This document shows, piece after piece, positions 1 through 37,110 of a stretch of DNA of 64,000 bases. The notes beneath the pieces are model-generated. The model made no database searches. It saw only the letters and a program-made list of their open reading frames with translations, and was not told where the DNA came from. The translations under genes and the position numbers were made by a program. The first letter of the stretch is position 1. Each line of letters begins with the position of its first letter. The DNA is from Leucoraja ocellata (Eukaryota): the NCBI GenBank assembly GCA_036785375.1, contig JAWMAR010000048.1, positions 6,510,001-6,574,000 of the forward strand, given 5' to 3'.

Positions 1-1093
1 TCTGGACCTAAGCTGCTTCTGACTGTTAACAAATAGGAAGCATATTTGTGCAATCGACTGTTTGCATTAAACGTATATTACAGAGTGAGAAATTATTAAC
101 TTATTTAACATATTTTCGTCAGAAACTTCATGTACGTACGCAGCTGAAATGCTGATTTTTGTAGTGGAGAATAAAGTACCAGTCTAATTCAGAAGGAAGC
201 TTAATACTCTTCAGTCTTGTGGAATAGATGCTAATCCTCAGCAGGGTACATTCTAGGAGTATGTTCATGACAAACCTCATTGCTATCCAGTCTGTCTACT
301 CAACACTAAAATTGGATAATGTTGCCAAAATCTGTCTCGGTATTGATAACCATTGATTATTAACATATATTAACTTAATGTGACAAATAAAAGTGATTAC
401 GCTTAACCTTAAATGCTAGTTTGAATTACTTTTGCCCTTTTGAGTTTGGCCATGCTTCAATCGTCACAAAGTTAAATTAACCATCAGCTGTCCTCACTTT
501 GAAAATTTCTTCCTGATTCTATCCTGATTCTCAGATGCAGACGTAAACATGTCAAACTAACTGTTTGTCAGTTATGCCTAAATCATCATTCTTAAGGACT
601 TGCAGCATAACTTTTTATATCTCCACGATTATTTTAAGAGAATGGTGATGACTGGGCTTTTTTTGCCAACCACTTATTTCTATTCCTCTGAGACATTAAG
701 ATTGAAAACATCTTCACAGCTGTGTTTCCTGCCTCCCTACTTACTGTATCTGGCTCACAAAGTCCAATATTCTCCAGCAACCTCCCCACTCCATTCGGGT
801 TTCTCTTGTCTCTCCTCATGACTTCATGGGTTTATTTTATCCATGAAACCCACCTTCATTTTCAAATCAACTGCTTTTTCAAAAAAGGCTCTGACTTAAT
901 TCTTTCGGACTATCAGTCCAAGTTAGAGTTAGAGTTTACAGTTTATGATTGTGGTACGGTTTCATTAATCCTTACTTATCTTAAACATGGCTCCAGTTAT
1001 GAACTCTCAGATTCGTGCTATTGCCTAAAGTGCTAACATTTCTACTGGTACTGCTGCTGGTATTCCTCGATCACACCAGGGCCATTATGAGTT

Positions 1094-2517
1094 TAATGGG
1101 CCTGTCCCACTTAGGCGACTTTTCAGGCGACTACAGGAGACTCTGCGGTTGCCACATGTTCGCAGATGGTTGCTGGGGAGTCGCCTTCATGGTCGTGAAG
1201 AGTTCCCGCATTCTGGGAACTAGTCACGGCCTCAATATGGGCGCCACAACTTTTTCAACATTGAAAAATTAGTGGCGACCAGAATGAAGCCGCCAAGGAG
1301 AGTAGCGAAAATTCTCGTGCCATAGGTGGGTCGCCAGGAGGTCCTAGTGGGTTGCCAGGAGGTCGAAGGTTCTCGTAGGTTCTTGTAGGTTGTAGTTGGT
1401 GCTGACCGGTGAATTTCATTGGCTCATTGGGGGAAAAAAACGTAAGCAGTAGTTTTCAGAACCAAGGATAACCGACGGTAATGTTAATGTCCGCCGAGTT
1501 TCACAGCCGTGAATCTCTGGCTTCTTAAAAGTTGTCTCCACTCTTTCTCCCTCCTTCTCCCCCCTCTTTTAAAGGACTTATCGTACAATGTGCTTTCACC
1601 ATCTTAATTACAGCGCCAACCTTCCTGTTCATCGCGGTGTGTGTCTGTATCACCTTGGCTTTGCACCGTGTGAATTTCACTTGGACAGCGCTCCACCCGC
1701 TTGCCCTGTCCCCTGCCTGCATAACTGGCTGGTGAAGGAAGCGGTGTGTGTGTGTGTGTGTTCCACTCTGACAGTTGTCGGGCTTTCAGGCGAATGCTGG
1801 CGACTTGTGTGTGTGTGTGTGTGCGTTCCATTCTCACTGTCGCCGTTCCAGTTGCTGGTTTTTCAGGCGACTGCCGGCAACTTGACAGTGTTTAAGAGGG
1901 AACTGCAGATGCTGGAGAATCGAAGGTTACACAGAAAAGCTGGAGAAACTCAGCGGGTGCAGCAGCATCTATGGAGCGAAGGAAATAGGCAACGTTTCGG
2001 GCCGAAACCCTTCTTCAGACTGATCAGGGGTGGGGGTGGGTGGGGACAAGAAAGGGAAAAGGAGGAGTAGCCGGAAGGCTGGAGGGTGGGAGGAGACAGC
2101 AGGGGAGCTGAGGAAGGGGAGGAGACAGCAAGGACTAACAGAATTGGGAGAAGTCGATGTTCATGCCCCCGGGGTGCAGACTCCCCAAACGGAATATGAG
2201 GTGCTGTTCCTCCAATTTCCGGTGCTGCTCGCTGTGGCCATGGAGGAGACCCAGGACAGAGAGGTCGGAGGCGGAGTGGGAGGGGGAGTTGAAGTGCTGA
2301 GCCACCGGGAGGTCAGCTAGGTTATTGCGGACCGAGCGGAGGTGTTCGGCGAAACGATCGCCCAACCTCCGCTTGGTCTCACCGATATAGATCTGCTAAC
2401 ATCTAGAGCAGCGGACGCAATAGATGAGGTTGGAAGAGATGCAGGTAAACCTCTGTGGACAACTTGACAGTCGCTGGCAGTCGCCTGAAAAATCGTCTAA
2501 GTGAGACAGGCCCATTA
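1094..2517. mobile_element. Non-autonomous DNA transposon (PIF/Harbinger-like MITE) interrupted by a Penelope-like insertion
   Basis: Terminal inverted repeats taatgggcctgtcccacttaggcga ... tcgtctaagtgagacaggcccatta, TAA/TTA termini; internal (GT)n tracts. Confidence 0.75.
1890..2459 (-). mobile_element. 5'-truncated Penelope-like retroelement: GIY-YIG endonuclease C-terminus plus 3' region with hammerhead-like motif
   Basis: Minus strand reads RFTCISSNLIYCVRCSRC*QIYIGETKRRLGDRFAEHLRSV...VAQHFN...HRKLEEQHLIFRLGSLHPGGMNIDFS; flanked by direct repeat caacttgacagt. Confidence 0.88.
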
Positions 2518-4059
2518 TTCCTCTGATTTAATTGTTGAACAGAGGTGGAATATTATGTAGTCTTTTTTACATCTGCTATTCTGTATTTAGTTGTAACCAT
2601 TGCACTTGCAGCGATATATTTATTTGTGGAATTATGGAGTCTTTCTCTTGACCACTTCCTCCTCTGCTATAGTGTACTGCCATTTGATCTGAACATCTGA
2701 AGCTAATGTTCATTTGGGTGCCAGGGTGTGTCAAAAGCAATGGCAACAACAAAAATAATTGAACTGGAAAAGTGGAGCAGATGATTTTGTTCTGCAACTT
2801 TTAAAAGAGTAGAAGATAGGAATAATGCAAATGCCTGTACTCTGATTTTGATCTTTCAATTTCCAAGAAATTCTTTAGAAAGGTGAAAAGGGAAACATGG
2901 AGAGAAATGTTTTTCACGGTGAAGGAAGTGCAGTAGTAGCACCCTCTCCCAATAAAACAATGTGATTTCTCCAGGACAAAATAATTGCATATGCAGCGTT
3001 TTGTTTGATACAAATTCTCTAAATAAAATCTATGTTAATCTCTGAGAGCAACGTGGCCACTAAACTTGATTGACATAGGAATTTCTTATTCATTCCCACT
3101 CTGGCTAATTATTGCATCGGCAGTATACACAGCCAATTCAGAATTGAGTTCTTGGGTAATTAGGAAGTGGCTGAATTAATATTATTGTGACTGCCAATTT
3201 CAAGTTATTTTTTTTGAAGGGATGACTGCAGTACAGTACAAAGAAGTTACTGTTGTATTGATTTCCTCTGTAAGAGGCTGCTATTTACAGTTAACACTTG
3301 GCATCTATTGGGTGATTACTGAGATGCAGGAGGCAAATGGAGATATTGGCAGATGTTCAAACTAGTAAGACATAACCAGTGACATCCTGCAGGTGCTCAA
3401 AATCCCCAAATGTGACCAGTGACATCTCTGACATCTCGACTATTCACTATTTATTAATGACTCGGTATATGGTATCGAGAGCCAGATTTCCTAAGTTGCT
3501 AATAATGCGAAGATAGTTCTTAAAAGCAATGTATTGAATGCATTAATTTACATAGGAATGTTATTGGTTGAATGGGAAGGAATGGGTTTCAATGTAGACA
3601 AGTGTGAAGTTATCAACCAAAAATGCGTTCAAAGTAGAATAGAAGGTGTAAAAATAATTATTTTAATTAATAACCACTGCATAATCTTGGATTTCATAAT
3701 TTTTCCCATAATCCATGAAAAATGAGACAATAAAAATAAATGATTTGACTGCAGAGAAGTACTGATTCTTTGGCACCCAGACAGGATTCATCCATTACAA
3801 TATCACGCTGAATATCATTGATTTAAAAACATAAAATTCTGGAAATACATAGCGGGTCAGGTTGCATCTGCTGGAAGAGAAACAGAGTTAATGTTTCAGG
3901 TAGAGAAGGGTCATCTTTACTTTTATTTCAGATGTCCAGCATCGAATTTCTTTGAATAGTAGCGACCTTGCAGAAGTGACTATTCAGTTGCCTAGATACA
4001 ACTCTTTATGTTTGTATAACTCCTGAAAAGTGAGTACAATGCATACTGCTTATTCAGTG

Positions 4060-4330
4060 CAGAGGAGCTTGTGAGGCACCACGGGAGGTGATGTCTTTCA
4101 GAAATGAGAACTTTTAAACTAAGGCCCTGTTTTGGATCTCTATTTTAAGGCAAAGAAGTTTACAGGGCAATTATTAATCTTTAGGACAGATTATTTTGAG
4201 GATAATCACATTAGTGCACTGTCCACATTAGGCCATCGTCTTTCATATAGAATAATAGTCCCAACATTAAAAAAGTAATTTTAAAGCAATTTGGGACATC
4301 CCATAAAAGGCGCCGTGTAAATATGTTATT
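4060..4330 (+). mobile_element. Degenerate Deu-domain SINE (SacSINE1/AmnSINE1-like)
   Basis: gggaggtgatgtctttcagaaatgagaacttttaaactaaggccctgt resembles the Deu core; ends in L2-like ttgggacatcc...aaaggcgcc...taaat. Confidence 0.55.
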
Positions 4331-5767
4331 TCTGTAATAAATGAGAGAGATGGTAAAGATCACAACTGTGAAATTTTGTATTTATTTAATGCTTACATAT
4401 GTGTTTTACAGCACTGCATGAAATCCCATGCAGATGTATTTGTAAAATGTCCTGTTTTAATGCCAAAATTCCACTTATTGACTGCTAATGGCTTTCTTTT
4501 AAGTAAAAATACAATCCTCTGAGAATTTAATTTTTATAAACGTACAAAATAATTTACATTTTCACAGTACATTTCATGACTGAAGGCTATACCAAACCAC
4601 TTTGATATGAAGTTTTCTTGAAATGTTGGTATATAAAAAAACATGTAGCACAGTCCGAAATTTGATTTGTGAAGGAATGGGCAGAGACAACATTTTGAGT
4701 TGGGACACTTCTTAAGACCAACGAAGGATCCTGATCCGAAATGTTAGCTGTCTACTCTGTGTGCTCTTCATAGATTCTACCTGATCCTCTGAGTTCCTCC
4801 AGCATTTAGTGTTTTGATCAAGATTCCAGCATCTGCAGTTCCTTGTGTCTTTGTAATTACATTTTATGGATTCTAGTTTTGAGGACTTGGAAAATGACTT
4901 TCTGATTTATTCACAATGTTGCATTTGGATTAGCATTGTTAAAATGAGAGCAATATAGCCTTGAGCTGATATCGGTAAATGTTGTGCATGCCACTCCCGT
5001 CAACAAACAATTACTTTTTGTAGTGTTCTGAATTAGTTGGTTACGCAGCATTTAACAATGAATCGCCCTACTGTTTTAATTTTTTGAAGTGACCCATTCT
5101 TGTAATGTATATTCAGTTTAATTTGCATATATCAGTTTAAAAGCCTTGTGCCTTTTAGTTCTTATTTTTAAATGCTTTGAGCAGTTAGTTAGTGACACCA
5201 GGAGGTAAAATGCAGTTCTGCAGTGCGAGCAGATTTCAGTCATTCGGTTGTGTTGCACCAGTAAAGATTGTTGAAATAGCTTTTTCTCTATTAAAATTAA
5301 ATCTGATTAAAATTAAGTCTGCTCCAACCCCAAAAACACGAAAGACATCTGGAATCTTAAATACACAACTAGATTTCTTTGCAAAGCTATTATGGTGAGA
5401 AACTGAGCCCCCAGTACAAATCTCTGATCACATCCGGCCAGCGATGAGGCTTCTCATTGCCATTCTCTGTCTCCTGCTTCCATAATAATTAAAACCCATA
5501 TTATAAGATTACCTCCAATTTTAAGCACATGTACAGTTTCCTGTGGAACCATATTATTTTCTGCAAGTCCAGAATGACTAAATTAAATTGGTGTTAACTT
5601 AAATATTGTTCATAACAACCACGTCATGTATTGTTCAGATTAATAGAAAATGAATTAATCAGAAAGGGATTGTGAAGTTGTTGGTGTCTGTGAGACATAT
5701 GTTTTAAGAAAGGGGAGAGTGTTCCGAGGAAGTATATGAAACTAAATCCTATATTTTTGTTTTTCAG

Positions 5768-30134
<24,367 letters not shown>

Positions 30135-33100
30135 AGTACGCCAGTCCTTTTGAAGCTGTTAGGAACACTACGGAAAGGAATTTCTGCAAGCATCAGAATG
30201 AGTGGCGCACTGTGTAACTGAGAGAACTAACAATTCACTCACACGGGTGCTATAACTTACGAATGATGTAAAGACGCTGATCGCTCAGAAACTGAAAGGC
30301 AGCAGGATTTCGAAAAGAGGAAACCGGGGAGCTCAAGTAAAGAAGATACTGACAGACAGAAAAATGGACCTGTTTCAGTTGTATCATACATTTTTAAGTT
30401 GTGTGCTTGAAACTTTATTTCAAAAACTTTGCACAGTGAACGATGACAGATCCTTGCACATTTCACTTCCTTATATTCTTTTAACCATTCACCCTCATAA
30501 AAATGGTCCAACGGAAATGTTTCATTCTTCCAAAAGCTGAAACTGACGTTTAAAAATACTGGATGCTAAACTAGAAATAGGTAATTTTCTAGCTTGAGTA
30601 TTCCTTTTTTATCAACTCTTTCAGCGCAGACAGTAACTGTACTTGGTGCGTTTTGATCAAATCAGATTATTTTTATCTATATTTTGTTAAAAGAATTGTA
30701 TTCCTCAACAATATGATAGGTAACTGTTTTTAGGAATATTTACAACAAATCTTGTTCTATTGTGATGAATCCTTTAATACTGCAGTCATGTTTTGGCTCC
30801 AAAATTAACATTGTAGTCATGCTCAAATGTTCGTTTTACGAACAGCTTGAGGTAAGGTATCCTCTATTTATTCCTTGAATTCCACTTCACAATGCACATA
30901 AAACAAACATCAATTTTTACAGAATTAATTTAAAAATATGAGCTGAATGTATAGAAACATGAAAGTGTCTTTCAGCACTCAAAGACTGATCCATTCGGAG
31001 TCCAGCGTTGAAAGAGTTAATGGAGGACAATTGACAGACATTGCTGCTGAGGTGATTTTTTTTTTTTCCTCCTCAGTCTTACTTTGCTGTAAATCGGGTT
31101 TGTCTCCGAATCTCCTTGTTCCCTTGCCACCTTTCCCTTAGCTGGGATCCGATAATAGCAGACATCCGTGAAGCACCCAATCTCAAGAAAACTAGAGAAA
31201 TGTGCCAAGTGTGAAACTGGTTTACATGACAATTTACGGGCAAGACCATTCCAAGAGACTAAGCATATTAAGTTATGAAATTTTATGATATTTACATCCA
31301 TGTTTTAACAATTTGCTGAAAAGTTTTTGCCTTTTTGTTTCGGGATGCTGAATTGAGGTTATTTTTAATTAAGTTCATGAAGGCTTCTGAAGACATGAAT
31401 AAGCAAAAAAGGAAATTATTTAAACTGTGTTAGTGCCGTCAACATTAAGGAAGATTCTGGAACTTTAAACGGGAGCCGTGTATGAGTTTAAACCATACAT
31501 TGTTAAACCATACATTGAATTCCATGTTCTTCCGCCCCTTTTCAAATGAGACATTTATTCCTTTTCTTGTATTTGATGATCTTAAATTGTGTAGATTTCA
31601 AGCTAATATTGTGTGGCTACAAATCAAAATAGTTTGATAACAACAATGGTGTAAACACTCGTAGAAATTAATTCATTTTTACGTCGGGTAACTAAAGGAA
31701 TTGTGACCAATATCATGTCTGTTTTAAGTCCATGTTAAGGATTTGAGCAAAATCAAGTCTACTTATTAGTGCTTTTTCTATGTCGCTGTTGATCACTACT
31801 GAAAAGTTTAGACACCTGCTCTAAAGATTCATTTTGAAGAAACAATTTTTATTTTATAATTGGGGATTAAACAAAATCCCTGTGTTCTACAAAAATCACA
31901 GCTTTCAGCTCATTGCAGTCTCACTGAACCTAATAAATCTTGCATAAATTCAAGAAAAAATTAAAAGCATATTGCACTCATTGATTTTACACAGTGACCA
32001 ACCAATTCAAATCTTTAATCAATGTAGCATAGAAATCAATTTCTTTGTCTAAAACATTGGATTTTATTTTCAATATTATTGAAGCAGAACTGAATTCTCA
32101 GTCTCGGATACTACAGTTTGGCAAAGTGTGTGGAGAAGGTTTGGGGAGAGTTATATTTTATAGCCTAGAAAGGGGATTTCAATTTCACTGATATGACAAA
32201 AGAATTACATTTTCATAATATTTCAGTGCTGATTGCATATAAAAGTTGAGTGCTTGTCAACAATATGTTGTCTCGTGCTATTAGACATCAGAGAGATTTA
32301 CTTCTACATTTATTAATGCACTGTATTTAAGCAGTTTTTATATCTAAAGTTCTCCCTAATTTATGGGTCCATGATATAATTTAAAGTCCTTTCCAAATAT
32401 TATTCCTTGATTATTATTTTTTGTAACTATTACATTGACGTAACCTGACACTAAATTTATAAAGTACACGTTATGAATTTTTTACTGCTAACTCTAGTAA
32501 ATCCTAGAGAGATATCTAGAACAATTCTCTGCCTTTTTGCTTGAATTAGCAGCACCATGAAATAATGTCATATGAGTGGTTACTGTGTTCTTTGCAAATT
32601 GATTAATTTTCTTTATATAACCCTTTAACTCAGTAGGTACCTGATTGTTTGATGTACAGATGATCACTGATCACTAAAATTAATTTTCCAAATTGGGCGT
32701 GTTAAGTTGCACGTTGCCAGTAAGATTCCCTTCCGTACAAATCCCAAAGCAAAAGACGTGCGTTTGACGATAAAGGAAGCGTTTCAAATCAGAGCTGGAA
32801 TCGTGGTTTTCAATTGAATTTTGAAATTGATACTGAATGTTAGGGTTTTTTTTAAACTTGGTCACTTGATTACTTAAGAAATATTTGGATAATGTGAAAT
32901 TGGCATTTACTGGTTTCAAAGTTGTGCTGCAAAGAATATTGTTGTTTTTACCACTAACTTTGGAAAACATTTTAATTCTATGGGATTAAACAGACTAAAT
33001 GCTAATTTTATGTCACCGCATTCCAGCAGCTGAGATTTCTGCGCAGTTTCAATTGTAATGTCAATTTTGTTGTGTAAAAATGCAAAACCATGTATTTCCT

Positions 33101-36100
33101 TGCAGTTTTAGGATATTATATCTTGCAAATGCACGGACGTTACAGTTTTAAAACTTGCGTGCACAGGCGTTCTGGATGTTATGCAGTAAGATAGAAAGTT
33201 CTGAAAAAAACTTTCAGCTCTTTCTTTCTCTGATGTTCTAAATTTGGAACACAGACGTCACAATGACTTTTCTTTCCCAATCCCATAACGGACTAAGCCA
33301 AGGACAACAGAAAAAACAAAGTGACTGCAGGAACTTATGTGTTGCAAGTTTTAGAAGAAAAATCAGCAGTTTCAAAAGAGAACAGAATTCAAGGATTATA
33401 ATTCTGAAATATTTTGTGAAACATAATACAAATATTCAATACAGCCTGTACATTGTAAAGTAAAATTATAATTCTGCAGCATAAGATGAATCCAGGATGA
33501 TGATACTTTGTTCGGTCAATATTAGCTGGTCTGGCAAGTTACTTTCAGAAGCCACAGTGATGAGGAAAGAGTTGAACATTTAATCTTATAGCACTTTAAC
33601 GTTAAACACTAATTGTCCAATGTTCCAAAAGTAAGATATAATTGCAGTACTTCAAATTAACAGTTATTAAAATGCAGGTTACTATTATGTACATAACTGG
33701 CAGAGAAGGGGAAATTAGTTTGGCATTCTTCAACTAAATAGCAATTGGCTACAGAGAAACATTTGATGGTAAAGTTGGGCATTGAGAGGGGGGGGGGGAA
33801 TGTTTTTAATCATTGATTTTTAACTAACTAATAATAATAATACATTTATTTTATGGGCGCCTTTCAAGAGTCTCAAGGACACCTTACAAAATTTAGCAAA
33901 TAGAGCAAAAACATGTAAGCGGAATGATATAAATAGTAAAGACATCACCAGTACACAAATTCTTAACTGAATGACAAATATAAATGCAACAAGATCATAA
34001 AGGCAGAAAACATTTTAATATATTGATTTTACATATAAAATACAATGTGTTTCCACTTAATTTTTTTTAATGGATTAATTGCATTGTAGAACAAAGTAGT
34101 TTGGGTAGGTTATGAAATCTATGCACCTTTCAGAACCATCTCTGTTAGAAAATGGGAGGATAATTGAAGACCATATTTACAAAGAAGTATGTTCAGGGTT
34201 TCCCCCCCCCCGGATTTGTTTCCATCTAATCCTATGGCAAAAGAACACCAGCCTATCTAAATTGAAATTTATAAACCTTGGATGTAAATCAACAAAGTGT
34301 TCAGGTCGAACTTCCATTTCGATAACACATTTCACAATCGCGTGTGCCCCAAATGCAGCCAATTCAGTATATTTGAGGTCTTGCCACAATTGTAGGAAGT
34401 ACAACAGCTAGTTTGTCCCATAATAACAAAAATGGAAGCACACAGCAGTTCAGGCAGCATCTAAGGAGAAGTCTGAGATTATCAGAACATACATAAGGTC
34501 AGTTTTTCTAAGCAGTAAATTTATGTGTGTTAAATGAGTATATTGGAAGACCTGATGCTATTGTTTGATAGGAAAGATTTGGTGTGAAATATTTCTATTT
34601 TAAAATTCACTCTTTTGGCTTAGCCCAGAGGAATGAACTTAAATCTTATAAACTGAATTTATGCTGATGCAGTTCTCATTTTGTCAGTCACATAGAATGG
34701 AAAAAAATGCTTCAATGGTTAGAAGACATTTACAGACTTTTTACCAGGCCAAAATTTTGCACAAATGAATGCATTGGATGAATTGGGACATTTGTGGTAA
34801 ATAGAACGAGGAGAGGAGGTTCATAGATGCTAATTATTCCTCTGTTGCAATAGAAATATCTTGCTCGTTGAACTCCGATTTGTTGCTGTTTTGGATGAAG
34901 TTCTTCAATTCTGGTGTGACTGTAATGCTGCTGTTGCCAGTATCAGTGCTGAAAAATTAATATAAAAATTGAGATTATTAGTTGCTGATTTTCAAAATCT
35001 AGGGATTGTTTGGAAAAAATTTCAGAGCATATTTTCTCAATCATTGCAGAACCATATCTAATGTTTAGTCTTTGTATAACGCATTACAGAGGTTATTGTG
35101 TTTTCAAACAGTGAAATCATTCTCCAGGTTAGGGTGGGAGAGGAATAGGAGAATCAAGTATGTTTTGTTTTCTTCTGCTCCTATCTGTGATATGTACTCA
35201 CTGGAACTGAAGGGAGTAAAAAAATTACTCAGCAAGATGTGGTAAAGTCTGTCTATAAATGAATAGCCATAGCTCTTTCTTCGTTCTCTGATGCTCTAAA
35301 TGTGTTGCTTCATTAAGGAAGACAGATATGATTGCCGTGCAAATCTTAATTGAGAATTGAATCTGACTGCACTGGTTGAAGCTAAAATATGTACGATCAG
35401 TGAATGTTGCCAGCTTCATGCGTATTGCAGTATTTTGGTGCACTTATTGCATGTCCACACTTTTGTCCCAGTGATAGTTTAAAGGGTTGGCTTTATTGAT
35501 GGAGTACTGGAAGTAAAACATAATTAATTTACCTCAGCTGATGGTGTGTCTGCCCTTAAAATTATTGAAGTGCTGTAGAAATACTTGGGGTATACTCCCC
35601 TCTCTGCCATTCTTGCATTTCTGCGAAGAAATTATTTTGGGAAAGATCTTCTGACCCCACCAAATTAGCATTTAACAGTGCTGCCGTTGATTAAATTTGG
35701 GCTTGTTTTTTCTTTAATGACGTAAAATTCCTGCAGTGCATTGATTAGTGTAAATTATGAGGACGTGCAAACGATAGGCAGGGAAGAATGGGGTAAGACT
35801 TGAATGCGTGTAACACCATTTGAAATAACCGCTTGCTTTTTGACCTCTCGAAATAGTAGCGGCCTGACTATTTAGATGATTATTTCTGTGAAATGATGGT
35901 ATACGTGGAGCTAAAAGAGGAAATGAGGGGAGAGGACCAAATTCAGATTTCAAGTAAAAGATCACTAAACTGAGGAGACGGAACATTCATTTACACCTGT
36001 GGATTCCTAATATCTTTTCAATTCCTTTCTTTGAGTGATTTATGTTCTGCAAGAACCCTATGTCCGTGGGCTCAGTCAATGACCAAGTAAATCACTCACA

Positions 36101-37110
36101 CATATATTGGTAGATTAATTGTTTGCCACTGGACCTGACAGGTAGTGGTATGATGCAAGTAAGCAATGGTGAAAGTCCATTGATGCTAACATCTATTTTG
36201 AAGCTATTTTTAATCCTTTGGTTGGCCAATGCAATGCAGCATTGCAAATAACAACAGCATCTCACTGTATTAATCTAGTGATTTTTGCCTATATAATTCC
36301 AGATTAAGGAAAACTACTGTATAATATATAATAACCCTAGAGTTTTCTAACGTGTCTCCTAAATTTATATAATGACAGAAATATAACTGCAATAATCATA
36401 GCTTAATAAATATTGGATGATGCAATTTTAGCCAACCCTTATTTCACTTTCCCCTTGTAATATTGAACAAAAAAGTGCCATTTCCAATATAACTTGCAGT
36501 TGTGTAGCTTTCTTGCCGTTTGTTAACAATATCCACACCAAGATTGTCTGATAAAGAGAAGTTACCCATGAGAGTTAGAGGTTCTACACTGACTTTTGTG
36601 GGCTTTTCTGGAATAATTTTTTTAAAGATAGCACTCCTGAAGGTGAAAGCTCTGTAATAGTCAAAAGGTTCAAAGCTGCTTTGCTCCTTTCTTGAAACAC
36701 ACCCAGTCTTTTATGTAAGAGATCTGTCCTTTTTATTTTCTGTAATAAACTTACTTTTGCAAATTAAATTGTTTTGACACATATTTATTAACTAGTAACT
36801 AATCTGAGGAAAATTTATTGCTGTATTAACTTTTTCATTGTTGCTGCTAAAGTCTTTTAGCACCAGTTTTGTCGTGAACAGTGTATAAAATCTTTGTTTT
36901 AACTGTGAATCGAGGTATTTTTTATTATTGATGGTATTGAATGAGGTATGGACTGAATTTGATGGCTGGTAGTTGAGTAGATGTTGGACTCAAGGCCACA
37001 TTCATTTTTGTTACATGCAATAAAATTTGAACTTTAAATATCTGTGCTGATTTGAATTTCTTGGTTCGATCTTAATACTTTTTGAACATCAACAGAACAC
37101 AATAAAGCAC
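30135..37110 (+). other. Probable long 3' UTR of SMURF1
   Basis: AT-rich and almost free of the repeats that fill the introns; AATAAA near 36744, 37019 and 37101. The end point is an inference. Confidence 0.45.
33826..33960 (-). mobile_element. Short L2-clade LINE/SINE 3' tail
   Basis: Minus strand aaggtgtccttgagactcttgaaaggcgcccataaaataaatg followed by (tat)n. Confidence 0.55.

Noticed and set aside
1-5767. SMURF1 first coding exon
   Set aside because: No MSNPG...IRLT-like exon or CpG-island promoter seen; it must lie upstream of the window.
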